In this document: positions 31,880 to 43,778 of the stretch, one piece after another | How positions within the stretch are numbered: the stretch's first letter is position 1 | How the letters are laid out: each line of letters opens with the position of its first letter | Virus record (IMG/VR): IMGVR_UViG_3300037067_003400 | Coordinates: 32,001-96,000 of that record | Source of the DNA: a virus | Taxonomy: Duplodnaviria; Caudoviricetes | Reading direction: 5' to 3' (one strand) | DNA length: 64,000 bases | Position numbers and translations under genes: made by a program | The notes under the pieces: generated by a model | Seen by the model: only the letters and a program-made list of their open reading frames with translations | Databases searched by the model: none | What the model was told of the DNA's origin: nothing

Positions 31880-33031
31880 ATGGATAATAGTTGGAAAGAA
31901 ACTTCTTGGAAAGTAACTATAGATGGTAACTTAGCGTTTACTGTTCACAAAATGGTTCCGTGGTATATTTATGAAGAAGAATGGTGGAGAGAGAACGAAA
32001 AAGGTTACTGTATAAGTGATAGTAACCTCAAAGATTGTACTGGTATGAAGTCAATCTTCAGCAGAATTGTTGAAATAGTCAAGAAGCGAAGCCCACGGTT
32101 CAAGGATTCCAAATTTAATTATTATGCTTCTAAGTATGTGCTTAATACTGGTGTTAGTGGACAAGACCCAGAGGATTGTGACTGTGACTTACCTACTGAG
32201 GTACAAGTATACCTTGATACCAATACTCATTGCTTATATGGGTGGTGTATTTCTGAAGACCCAGAGACCAGGTTTGAAGAGTTATCTGATTATGTTTTTA
32301 AGACTGAAGCAGAAGCTATGTCTGTAGCCAGTGAGTATATAAATAGTAATTTTAATCCTTACGTTTTTAATGAGTATACTATAGAGCAAATCAATTCTTT
32401 GGGTGATTCCAAAGAAGAAGAAGTTACTGATACTAAGACTGTTGACTCTTCTAATAGTGGTGTGTCAAGTGAAGATAGTGAGTGGTTAGTAGGTAAGGTA
32501 TGTTTCTATGACCGTACTACACACAAGCTTCTTAGGATTTTGGCTAAGAATAATGTGGGGCACTGGGTATCCAGTGATACTATTCTTGGTGACCCAATAC
32601 CTATATGTGATAGTGAAATATTAGGAATAGCTTTTAGTAAAGTTACTGCTGACATTTTTGACTATGAATATGTAGTGACTAAGTACTATAAGAAATTTGA
32701 AGACATGGTCTTCTTTGTTAGTGCTTCACCCTTTGATTCTAATGGAGAAGGTGTTACCAGAATTTGGAAGATTAGTATGACTGATAATAATATAGGTATT
32801 GTAAATGCTCTTACTTGTAGGTCTTTTTCTAAAGAAGAAGATGCTATGATAGAGGTGGATAGCTATATAGACTTTCTTAAGAAGGACAAGACTATTAAAG
32901 ATTCTTCTGGTTTATTAGATACTAAAGAAACTATAACTTTAGAAGATAGAGTAGTTGAGTTAGAAAAGGATACTGCTTTTCTAAAGCAGACTGTTAGGAC
33001 TCTTAAGAGAATAGTTATGGGGTCTGATTAG
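31880..33031 (+). CDS. hypothetical protein with C-terminal coiled coil
   Basis: 383-aa ORF with AGGAG RBS. Confidence 0.7.
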   Translation: MDNSWKETSWKVTIDGNLAFTVHKMVPWYIYEEEWWRENEKGYCISDSNLKDCTGMKSIFSRIVEIVKKRSPRFKDSKFNYYASKYVLNTGVSGQDPEDCDCDLPTEVQVYLDTNTHCLYGWCISEDPETRFEELSDYVFKTEAEAMSVASEYINSNFNPYVFNEYTIEQINSLGDSKEEEVTDTKTVDSSNSGVSSEDSEWLVGKVCFYDRTTHKLLRILAKNNVGHWVSSDTILGDPIPICDSEILGIAFSKVTADIFDYEYVVTKYYKKFEDMVFFVSASPFDSNGEGVTRIWKISMTDNNIGIVNALTCRSFSKEEDAMIEVDSYIDFLKKDKTIKDSSGLLDTKETITLEDRVVELEKDTAFLKQTVRTLKRIVMGSD

Positions 33032-34542
33032 AGGTGTAATATGTTTGTTCTTATTATATTAGTGTTAACAATAATTCTTTTTATTGTTGCCGTGGTTTCA
33101 GACGCTAAGGTATCTTGGAAGTATGGTATTGCTGCTTTTGTAAGTACGATACTTTGTGCTATATTTGGTCTTTACTCTCAGGTGCATCCAGATTATAAGT
33201 TGTATGCTAAAGAACAAGTAGGTAATACTATTATCTATAGATATAAAGATAGTAATAGTAGTTTCTTCCATGCTCCTAATGGAGATACTTTTTATATTAG
33301 TATTGCTGGTTCTCCAAAGATACAAGTGCAAGAGGAGGAAGTAAAGAAGAAGTTATACCCTAAGGAAGAAGCTGGAAAAGTTAAGGAACATATTTTTGAT
33401 TAATAGTAGGGGTAAGTACATCCCAGAGGCAGAACAATGAATAGTTATGACGCTGTAGTTACAAATAATAAAAAGAATTTAGATGCTTTTATTACTAAGA
33501 CTAATGAGCACCTTAAGAGTAGTGGGTTCTCTATTAAGTTTATTGATAATGAGACTATAGAGGTTCTCTGTGGTAGTATGTCGGTGGATATCATACCTAC
33601 TAAGTGGATTAGTAGATTTGGATATCTGTATTATGGTAAACTTTCTGAAGAAGTATTGGATGTTATCAATAAGTATTCAGTTAATCTTAGCAGTAGGTTA
33701 GCTAAGGAGATGGATTTCACTGGTGGCAGTCCTATATTAACTATACATCAGATAGAAGAAGACCTCAAAGAATTACTGGGAGATGTGTATACTGTACAAA
33801 CTCGTGGTAATTATAGTATTGTTGTAAAGGACCGTAATGAAACTATTCTTGAATGGTTTATGGACATACCAACTTGTTCTACTTGGGATGCTGGAAAAGA
33901 TGTAGCTAAGATATTGGAACGCTTAAATTTAGAGTTCCAAGGTAATAAGCGTGAATGTGAACGACGAGTGAAATTTTATGACGGAAAATTGAAAGAGTTG
34001 TCAGAAAAATCCAAGGCTTTAGTGTCTAAGTATTCTATATATGGATGAGGCGCAGCAATGGAAAAAGATATTTCCTTAGGTAAGTTGTTAGGTATTGTAG
34101 CTCTTGGTCTTATAGGTGGTACTATATTAGCTATAGTAGATATAGTTACTGGAAAAGAAGGAACTTATCCAACACCAGATGAGAGTATTGTACTTAGACG
34201 TGATAGAGTATGAGAATTAGAAAATAGAGTTGAAGAGTTGGAACATAAATCTCATTATGACCCAGACGCTGACAATAGCTGGTATGGGTTCATAGGATTA
34301 TGAGTATGGAGGCTGAAAAAATATGAATCCAGTGATAACAATTGAGCAAATTAATGATGACCATAAAGGTTTTACTTTTAATGGAATAAACATAATCTTT
34401 GCAAGTTGTAAAGAAGATGATGAGTATTATTTACTTATACTTTACAATGATGCTGGTGAAGAGATGGGTTCCATAGAAACTGATAAGTATACTATAGAGT
34501 ATATATAATAGATTTGGGTGGTTGTAACGTTAAGGATTAGCT

Positions 34543-35163
34543 ATGATAGATATTAATTATATAGTAAAGACTTCTAAGAAAATATATCATGCTATAGATA
34601 AGGAGTTTACTAAGAACCCCATTAATGTAGATATACGGGAAGAAGATGATTGTATTTATACAAGACCAGAAAATTCTACTGAGTTTAATAGGAAGTTTAG
34701 AACTTTAGCTTCTCGTTTTACTGCTATGAAGATAACCAATCATCTTGGTAAGATTACTTTTTCTATGGGGCCAGTTCAAGAGGCTCACGGTGGTGGGCAA
34801 TACTGTATGGTGAAGAATAATATATGGATTAGTCCTCATTATGTATGTATCTATAGGGGGAGGGGTTGTGGTTATAGTATCTTAGATGTTATAGTTCATG
34901 AGCTTACTCATTCTATGGATACTTCTCTTACTCCTACTGGAGAGTATGTTCAAGATTACTTACCCTGGGAACTTCAGTCCTGTGAAGTGCTTGCTGTATC
35001 TGCTACCATAGCAGCCAGGATCATTAGTAGTAGACTGGAGACTGGAGATATACCTATCATAGCAAGGATAGTTCTTGATGATTTGGCTATACCTTGGGAG
35101 TATTACAAACGATATTGTAAATTAGCTTTTAGAATGTTGAGAGCTAGTAAATATAAGAGGTAG
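34543..35163 (+). CDS. putative zincin-like metallopeptidase
   Basis: VIVHELTHS (HExxH) with a downstream PWE..E motif. Confidence 0.55.
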   Translation: MIDINYIVKTSKKIYHAIDKEFTKNPINVDIREEDDCIYTRPENSTEFNRKFRTLASRFTAMKITNHLGKITFSMGPVQEAHGGGQYCMVKNNIWISPHYVCIYRGRGCGYSILDVIVHELTHSMDTSLTPTGEYVQDYLPWELQSCEVLAVSATIAARIISSRLETGDIPIIARIVLDDLAIPWEYYKRYCKLAFRMLRASKYKR

Positions 35164-36121
35164 TTACTATGTATATATTTTTTTCTTGCTTTAGTTTTCT
35201 CCTTTTTGTTGTTGGTATTCTAATACTAATAGAAGGAATTAAGATTCCTGATGATACTGAGTTCATAGGAGGTACTTTTATTAGTGCTTTCGCTTTTGCT
35301 TTTACTTGTGGGCTTCTTATGACTCATGTTGGGGGTATCTTTAGATACATTACTGTTGGATTGTTTGTTGGCTCTATTATATTTATAATTCTTTTTGCTT
35401 TACTATGTATTTATGATTACTATATTTTGAAAGGAAAGAAATATGAAAACTGATGAGTATGATAAAACTGTTGAAGGTACATGGGTAGCGTTATTATACC
35501 TACGTGTGTACAGAGACATAGAGATTTGTGTTAGCTGTGATGACAAAGATACTGGTCTCTGGTGTCTTGATGTTAGTTATAGGTTAGAATCTGGAGAAAT
35601 AATTTCTAAGGATTTGGGAACTGATTTTCCTGATTACAATGAAGCGATGATAGTTGCGAATAGGTGGGTGTATAAGGAAGCCGATGATTGGTTGCTTAAT
35701 GTTACAGGTGGAACTGAATCTGATGATACACAAGTAACAGAAAATGCTACCTCTGATATAGAAGACGAGGATTATCTTGAGTATGTAAAAAATGCTAAAG
35801 ATGGTGAAGTTCCTGAAGAAGATGATAGCCCCTTTGATGGGGAGGAATTAATTATCCCAGCTATAGAGACTAAAGACTTTACTAAATGCAATGACTGTAT
35901 ACTATCTAAGATATGTATTCGTCCGAATAGTAATGACTGTGAAGCAGAGTCTACTACAGTAGAGGTAATAGTTTCTGCTATAGATACTGCTATTGCAAAG
36001 ATAGTAGAATTAGAACTTGCTACTAATGAATTGAAAAAGTCTGTCTCTAATTTGAGGACATCCATTGCCCAGCGTGGTAGTAGTGGTAGTGGTTTAATAG
36101 GACTACCCTAAAGGTGTTGCT

Positions 36122-36595
36122 ATGATTCATGTTGTTACTAAAGATATATTTGAGAAACCAGTAGAAGCTTTAACTATACCTATAAATTGTGAGGGTAAAG
36201 TAGAGACTGGGATTCTTAAGAAGTTTAGCATCTTGTTTCCAACAGAAACTTTTTTCTATCAGGAAAATTTATGTACAGCTACTACACGGTGGCGTATGTG
36301 GGATGCGTTTATTTATACTCGGCATCAGTCTTCTCCTAAGTATGTTGCTTTCTTTCCTACTAAAGATTTTTATGATGATGAGGCTACATTAGATGATATA
36401 GGTAGGGGAATTGATGATTTAGCAAATCATATTAGGATCTTTCCTATTAGTTCTATTGCTATACCAGCTTTAGGTTGTGGAAGTGGTGGGTTGCAGTGGA
36501 AAGATGTTAAAGAAGTTATGGAGCATGGTTTAAGACGAGCTGCTTTGCAGTGTGAGATTTATTTACACACTCCTCATACTATTCCTTATGAGTAG
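36122..36595 (+). CDS. macrodomain protein (DarG-like), paralog 1
   Basis: PINC, FFPTK, SIAIPALGCGSGGLQW. Confidence 0.85.
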   Translation: MIHVVTKDIFEKPVEALTIPINCEGKVETGILKKFSILFPTETFFYQENLCTATTRWRMWDAFIYTRHQSSPKYVAFFPTKDFYDDEATLDDIGRGIDDLANHIRIFPISSIAIPALGCGSGGLQWKDVKEVMEHGLRRAALQCEIYLHTPHTIPYE

Positions 36596-36674
36596 ATTGT
36601 ACATTGTGGACAATTGCTTGTTACATTTGTAAAAAATGCCCTGCCATGGGTTTGGGTAATGTGGAGTTTATATT

Positions 36675-37148
36675 ATGATAACATTTAGTCATGGTAATAT
36701 ACTTGAGGCTAATGTAGAGTGTATAGTTATACCTGTTAATTGTGTAGGTGTAATGGGTGCTGGATTAGCTAAACAGTATAAGGAAAAGTACCCGACAGCA
36801 TTCAGGTACTATAGAGATAGTGTATGTGCTCTTGGTAGATTAACTATTGGCGATGCTTTTATTTACTGTCATGGTAGTAGAAACTCTCCTATGTATTCTC
36901 TTTGGTTTCCAACTAAGGCTGATTGGAGATGTGCTTCTCGTATAGAGGATATAAAAAATGGATTAGATGATATGGTTTTTCATATGAGAGACTCCGGTAT
37001 AAACTCTATAGCTATTCCTGCTTTAGGATGTGGTCTCGGTGGGTTAAACTGGGATGATGTTAAGCCTCTCATTATGAAGGCTATAACTGATGAGTTTGAC
37101 ACTACTAAAATTGAAGTTATTATATACGAACCAGATAGGTATGAGTGA
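36675..37148 (+). CDS. macrodomain protein (DarG-like), paralog 2
   Basis: GNIL, PVNCVGVMGAGLA, FPTKADWR, SIAIPALGCGLGGLNW. Confidence 0.9.
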   Translation: MITFSHGNILEANVECIVIPVNCVGVMGAGLAKQYKEKYPTAFRYYRDSVCALGRLTIGDAFIYCHGSRNSPMYSLWFPTKADWRCASRIEDIKNGLDDMVFHMRDSGINSIAIPALGCGLGGLNWDDVKPLIMKAITDEFDTTKIEVIIYEPDRYE

Positions 37149-37156
37149 GGTGTGGT

Positions 37157-38170
37157 ATGGAAAGAAAGTTAGCATCAGTTCAAGTTGTATCTAATCTTGT
37201 ACCAATAGAGGGTGCAGATTTTATAGAAATGGCAGTCGTTGGTGGTTGGCACACTATAGTTAAGAAGGGTGAGTTCACTATTGGTGGACTTGCTATATTC
37301 TTAGAAGTAGATAGTGTGTTGAATCCAGATCTTTGCTGGGTACAAGAGTATGCTTCTTTTATGGAAGCTCGTAAGTGGAGAGTAAAGACTCTTAAGATGA
37401 AGGGTGTTCTTTCTCAGGGTTTACTAATACCTATGTCTGTTCTGGGAGAATTTGCCGACGCTACTGAAGATACAGATGTAACAGAAGCATTAGGTATCGT
37501 AAAGTATGAAGTTCCAGAATTCACTGGAGTAGGAAGGTTTACTGGTAGGAGAGTTTCTACTTTCCCAACTCACTTAATCTCTAAGACTGATGAGACACGT
37601 ATACAATCTAAGATGAAACTTCTTAGTGAATTAAAAGGCTTGCCTTATTATATTACCGAGAAAGCAGATGGTAGTAGTGTTACATATGTAACAGTAAGCG
37701 ATGAAGTGGTAGCTTGCTCAAGAAACAATATGCTTGACAAGGAAAATACTTTCTGGGAAACTGGAGAACGTTACGACTTATTAAGAAAGTTAACAGAGCA
37801 TCCAGAGATAGCTTTACAAGCAGAGATTATAGGACCTGGTATTCAGAAGAATAGATATAATCTCTATGTACATGAGCTTAGATTCTTTAATGCTTATAAC
37901 TTAGTAGACAGAAGATACCTTGACTTCGAGGGGTTAGTTAGATTATGCCTGGACTGGAACCTTCCAATGGTAGAGGTAGTAGAATGTGGTGATTGTTTTG
38001 ACTATACTTTGGAACAGTTATTAGAATTGGCAAAGGGTAAATACCCAGGGACAAGTAATGACAGAGAAGGTATAGTTGTCAGGCCACAGGACGAAACTTA
38101 TTCCCAGAGTTTACAAGGTAGACTTAGTTTTAAAGTACTTAACAACGACTTCTTACTCAAGGAGAAGTAA
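37157..38170 (+). CDS. RNA ligase, Rnl2/DRB0094 family
   Basis: N-terminal RKLASV..PIEGADFIE, motif I TEKADGSS, AEIIGPGIQKN, REGIV, FKVLN. Confidence 0.9.
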   Translation: MERKLASVQVVSNLVPIEGADFIEMAVVGGWHTIVKKGEFTIGGLAIFLEVDSVLNPDLCWVQEYASFMEARKWRVKTLKMKGVLSQGLLIPMSVLGEFADATEDTDVTEALGIVKYEVPEFTGVGRFTGRRVSTFPTHLISKTDETRIQSKMKLLSELKGLPYYITEKADGSSVTYVTVSDEVVACSRNNMLDKENTFWETGERYDLLRKLTEHPEIALQAEIIGPGIQKNRYNLYVHELRFFNAYNLVDRRYLDFEGLVRLCLDWNLPMVEVVECGDCFDYTLEQLLELAKGKYPGTSNDREGIVVRPQDETYSQSLQGRLSFKVLNNDFLLKEK

Positions 38171-39082
38171 ATGAAAGTTATTAGATTTGATGAGAAGGAA
38201 AGGCTACTGAACCCAAAGGATTTAGATGAGCTATTGCGTACTCTTGCTGAGAAACTACAGAGTATGTTGGGAACTGATTTAAATATTACATATATAGTTC
38301 ATGCAAATTCTATTGTTGTCGGAGTATGTACAGATGGACAGGATGATAGCTATTACAAGAGTAATTTTCTTCTTTCTGCATGCAAATCTTCCAAGCCTCA
38401 ATGCTATGATAATGCTAAGATAGTATTAAATGTTGGTATGTGCATCGAGACAATTTTAGGAAATAAGGCACGGCATTTAAGTGATTTGGCACGTTGTATT
38501 ATGGTAGCTCATGACAATGTTAGCAATGTGTGTAATAAATTCTTAAGAGAGAACTAACTATGAGTGTATTTGAGAAACTAATCGGTGACTTAGCATACGA
38601 ACACATACAAGAGAGGGATAAGCGATATCCTTTTGTAAAAACCACTAAGTGTTCACGATGTGGACATAAGTGTCATACTATAAGTCAAAATGATATACAT
38701 TACGTTCCTAAGTTTAGGAGTCCGTTTACAAGCAAGCCTCTTTGTTACACGTGTATTAAAGAAGTGTTCTCTTGGGTGTGTGATATATGTTCTCGTTTCT
38801 CTGATGGTTATGATGATTCATGGGTAGAGATAAAAGGTCGTATGTTTTGTGATAACTGTGTTGAGAAATTGGCAGATAGATTAGTTGATAAACTGGAAGA
38901 GTTAAGCAGATGATTATATATAATAAGACACATAGAAAGAAAGCTAAAACTATAGAAGAGAGACTAACTATATTAGAGAAAGAGTTTAAAGAATTTAGAG
39001 ACTCTACTCCTAAGTATGGTGTCTTCGTGACTCCTTCTAATCAACCTACTTACTTTCCAAGAGAAATTGGGATAAGATACTA

Positions 39083-42000
39083 ATGAATAAGTACATTAAA
39101 CTACTGGAGAATGGTTCTATAAACTGGAAAGAATTGCAGTCTTTTCTTGATGAGTTGAATGAAGAGCTAAAGTTAATTGGGAACTTCACAGTTGCTATTG
39201 AGCCTTTCCTTGAATATGTATGTATCTTTACTGATACACAATATGTGTCTAAAAAGATAGCCATTTCTGATATGTTAGTTGATACTGGAAATATTCTTGA
39301 CTTTGGTAGTCTACGTGATGAGGTGTATGCAGCTGTTATAAGTTGTTTGTATGCAAAAAAATCTTATATTGATGACACTATCATTACAGTTGAGACTAAA
39401 ATAACAGATGCTAAGCAACTTCGTAAGAAGTTTGGTGTTAGGATGGAGACTTAGTTAGTAAGAGTATATTAAATAGGTGGGTTATTATGAAAGATAGAAC
39501 TACTATGACTACTGCTCAGTTAGAAGCAGAGCGTGAAGAGATTGATAATATTATTGCTGATAGGGAAGAAGCTAATGAAGAGAGGGTTGAGTCTCTTAAT
39601 ATAGTACTTCATCCCTTAGGGTTTAATGCCCGGGCACCATACTTTGATTCTATTGGTTTAGCCCTTGGGGTAAATGGTGCAGGTGATTTTAAGAAGTTTC
39701 CTAAAGAGGAGTTCCTTGGAAAAGATGATATGGTAGACACCGAAAAACTTCTTGTTGCTATGCTTCTTGTTATAAGAAGAGAGCTTACCAAAGGTATACA
39801 GACCGCAGAGACAGAGCTAACTACGAATACAGTAGTTTTGCAGGATAGAGTAAAGACATACAAAGCATCTCTTGACAAATGTGAAGAACTTTTATCTAAG
39901 AAACTTTACGGACCTGTTGGAGGGTAGTATAATGTTTAGAAAGATACCTGTTATTAATGGTGATATAAGCAAAGAAGAGATAGGTTGCCTAACAAGGTCT
40001 ATAAACTGGTCTATTCCTGGTATTACTAATATTTGTGTTGAGTATTATACATTAGACTCTGCTAAGATTCTTTCTTCAAAGCGTTTACACTTGAGGAACC
40101 GTGGTACTGAAAAAGAATATGGTAAAGTGTTTCTTCTTGAGCAGTATGTTTGTGAGGATGGGCTTGATACTCTTGCTTTGGCAGCTGATGTTCTTTCTAC
40201 TATTAACGGTCTTGGGATTAAGTTTGATTTAATGAATATATTAGGAAAAGTTGAAAGAGAATACGCAGAAACTTATGTTAATTTGTTTTTACATAATATA
40301 AGTGAGGTTCTTTCTGATATAGGTATCTCTGTTTATACTGATACCAATGAAGTTTATATTAGGAGAGAAGGTAGAAGCTTCAAGTCATTCCTTCTTTCTT
40401 GTCATATGAAAGAATGTATACTCAATGAGAAGACTTGTAGAGATGCTGTTATAAAGAATGCTATGTCTCTACTATCTGAGACATGTGATAGCTGTAGAGA
40501 ACAATTGTCTGAGTGTTTAATGAATATTAAATTCTTGGAAGAATATAAAGATGATTGTAGTAGTCTAAAGTAGCAAGAGTTAGAGAGTGTTACACTGTGG
40601 AGGTGTATTATGACTGAGAAACAAGTGAGACAGGCTATAGGTTTGCCTCCAGAATATAAGAAGATAGATGTATTTGAGTCTGTTTTACTTTATGATAAGG
40701 GTGGGCTGGGGCATGATGGTATGACTTTTCTTAGTAGCCTTGCTCTTAGTATAACCGAGTCCCTTGAAGAACACTCTGATATATGTGAGATAGAAGTTAA
40801 GAGTTATCCTTATGTAGATGAGATTGAAATTTCTATGGATAGTGAAGATATCTTATTTGAAGATGATGCTAATGTATTACATGTTTCAGATTTTATGCAA
40901 GGTGATATCCTTGATGTTAAAGCATTAAGGTATAGTATCTATGCTACTATTTCTAGACTATTAAAAGATGTAGCTGAAGAATATAGGCAACAGTCTTTAA
41001 AGTTTTCGGAGTATAGTAGTAAGACTACTGAACTTTCTAAGAAAGTTTATGATGAAGTGGTGAAAGGATAGTATTATGGTAGAGCTTGTAGAAGATGCTG
41101 ATTTCTATGTAGATCCAAGTGTCCAGATGCAAATCGAAGCTTTAGTGGAAGCTATTAATGCAGACTTAGAAAGTATTCCTTCTGAGATGTTCTTAGTTTC
41201 TATAGATTACTTCCCTTGTGATATGCAGTTAGAAATAATTGTAGAAGATATAGTTACTTCTGACTTGATAGAATTCCCAGAAGATAGAAATGTAGTAGAA
41301 TTAGATCAGTATATAGAAGGTGAGCATCTAAATACTTCTGCGTTGGTATATAAGTTACGAACAACCATTGATAAGTTGTTTGATGATATAGCTACTGATT
41401 GCAGGGAAACTATTAATAGTGCTGCTGATTATAGCATAGCTGTTCTTGGTAGAGAATGGGGAGATATAGATATTAGTTTAGTAGTACTGAATATGATTGA
41501 AGAAGGTTGAAGCATAGTAAGGAGAACAGTTTATGGAAGAAATATGTTATCAACTTAATGAGTATCATGGGTTTGTAGATGAAGAGGATGATAATGCTGC
41601 TTATGATGCTATAGATAGAATTCTTAATCCGTATAATATAGATTTTTGTTGGGATGAGGATGAGATATCTTTTACAGATCGTGATCCATGGTTTGATGGA
41701 GAGGGAGCTGAATTTGAGTTACCCTCCTTAGATATTGCAAACTATATAGATGATGAGGATGTATTAAACTTATCTCAACTTTTGATAGCTGTTATAAAGG
41801 CAATCAAAGAGCACTTCCAGTGGAAAGTATCACATGCAAGTTCTATATTAACTCTATCTAAGAAACAAGAGAGACAGTTTGCTATGGCAGTTTCGTCTTA
41901 TGTTAAGGAAATAGAATATGAGTAGAGTGAAGTCTTGTGTTCCTGTTAGTCAAGGTATATTCTTTACGATAGCAGAAGCTGGTAGTCGTGTTAAGAAATA

Positions 42001-43126
42001 TGGTTATCATGTTACTGGTAGAGCTTCTGATAAAGAAGTTGAGTTAATATTGTGGGGGCCAGCCCCCAGAAGCTCTATCTATAGTACAACCAAGTCTCTT
42101 AAAGATGATGGTACTATTGATACTGATTGCTTAGTTAAGACTGTATGTGTTTTAGCTATACTGGATCTTACTACTCAAGTAGATGAGTTACGTTCTAATA
42201 TAAGAGAACTTTCTGGGATATTTGGTGTCGAGTTTGATGGCATTAGTAGTAAGAATGTAAGTGAGGTAACTTAGATGGTTGCTATTCCTTGGTTGATATT
42301 AGTTATTGGTATGGGGCTTCTTGTTACGTTCTTGTTGTGTGATGATTCAGATCATGCTACTGTATTAAAGCGTCGTAAGAAAGAACGTAAATACTTTGAA
42401 GAAAGAATGAAATGTTATGACAAGAATGTGAATGCTGAGGTATAGATATGAAGATAGAACTTCCCTTTGAGTTTGGTGATTGGGTTTATGTTGTTACTGA
42501 GCAGACGGAATATACAAACTACGAACCTTGTGAACATTGTGGTATGATAAAACCAATAGCACATTCAAGGTATATAGTTGTTAGAATGATTGTAGATTAT
42601 GTTGGGTCTGATGGTGAAGAGATTAACATTAATTTATATGATGAAACAAATGTTCAGGAAACTCTTTATGCTGTACATCCTGATATGGTATTTGTTAAAT
42701 TAAAAGATGCTCGTGCTAAATGTAAGGAGTTGTCTGCTAATGCTTGATAAATATGTAGTGGATATGCTTGGGCATTTTATGGATGAACGTGCCGAGGAAA
42801 CTATAGTCTCAGAAATTAATGAGGTTATAAAACCTTTTGGTTTTACTTTTCATGGTGACCAATATAGTAGACGTATTCTTAAGGGCTATCTTGTTCGAAA
42901 TATTGATGAAGCTGTAGTTCATTCCAATATACCAAAGGGTCATTTTATAAGGGATGGATTCTTTCATGCTAATGTTCTACTAACATTCATACTTAACAAT
43001 ATCGAGAGCCGATTAGAAGATGTTGTAGATGATTGTGAAGAAGAACTTAGAGATGCTAAAAAGAAGTTTGACTCTTTTACTGCGGTAAGAAAGAAGTATG
43101 TAGATGAAAATAGGGATAGTGTCTGA
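39083..43126 (+). other. tandem array of about 8 diverged paralogous genes
   Basis: Shared (F/Y/L)(I/L/M/V)..(D/G)..(L/I/V)(D/N)xxxL motif followed by a long helix. Confidence 0.55.
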
Positions 43127-43778
43127 TCTGCATGGTGGACAGGGTGGTATATTATCAACACTCCTTGCTTGGATAGAGTATACTAAGGTTGATATGATAC
43201 TTCAACTGGGTGACTTTGGTTTGTATGATTACAAGTTTCCTGTTCCAGTGTATTGGACATATGGAAATAGAGAGTACGAGCCCCGAGTTTCTGAAATGAG
43301 TAACAGATATGCACAACTGTCTAATTGTATTAACAATAATATTCCTATGGTAGATTTAACACCATATTATTTTGGTGATGTTACATGTGTATCATTAGGT
43401 GGGGCTGAGTACCCTAAAGGTGATGGCTATATAGTAGAACATAACTGGGATTATATTAATCATATTATTCCTTCTCTAAATGAGGGTGAAGTAGATATAT
43501 TTATATCTCATGAGACACCTATTAGCAAGAAAGAAAAGTCAATTGTAACTGGAGAAGTTGTTAGCACTCATAATAAAGCTTTGCGGCATTTTGTCAGGAA
43601 GCTTTCTCCTAAGTTCTCTTTCTCTGGGCATTGGCATATAAATATGGAAGAGCTTATTCCTGGGAATAAATTTCCTATCGACTCTTATTGCTTAGGGCTT
43701 CGACCAAGAGACTGGCTCATCTTTGATACTGAATTGTATAAAGCAGGTAAGTTTCCTATTAGTAGATTGGAGATGTGA
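43104..43778 (+). CDS. calcineurin-like metallophosphoesterase
   Basis: SDLHG, LGDFG, GNRE, FISHE, SGHWH motifs. Confidence 0.85.
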   Translation: MKIGIVSDLHGGQGGILSTLLAWIEYTKVDMILQLGDFGLYDYKFPVPVYWTYGNREYEPRVSEMSNRYAQLSNCINNNIPMVDLTPYYFGDVTCVSLGGAEYPKGDGYIVEHNWDYINHIIPSLNEGEVDIFISHETPISKKEKSIVTGEVVSTHNKALRHFVRKLSPKFSFSGHWHINMEELIPGNKFPIDSYCLGLRPRDWLIFDTELYKAGKFPISRLEM

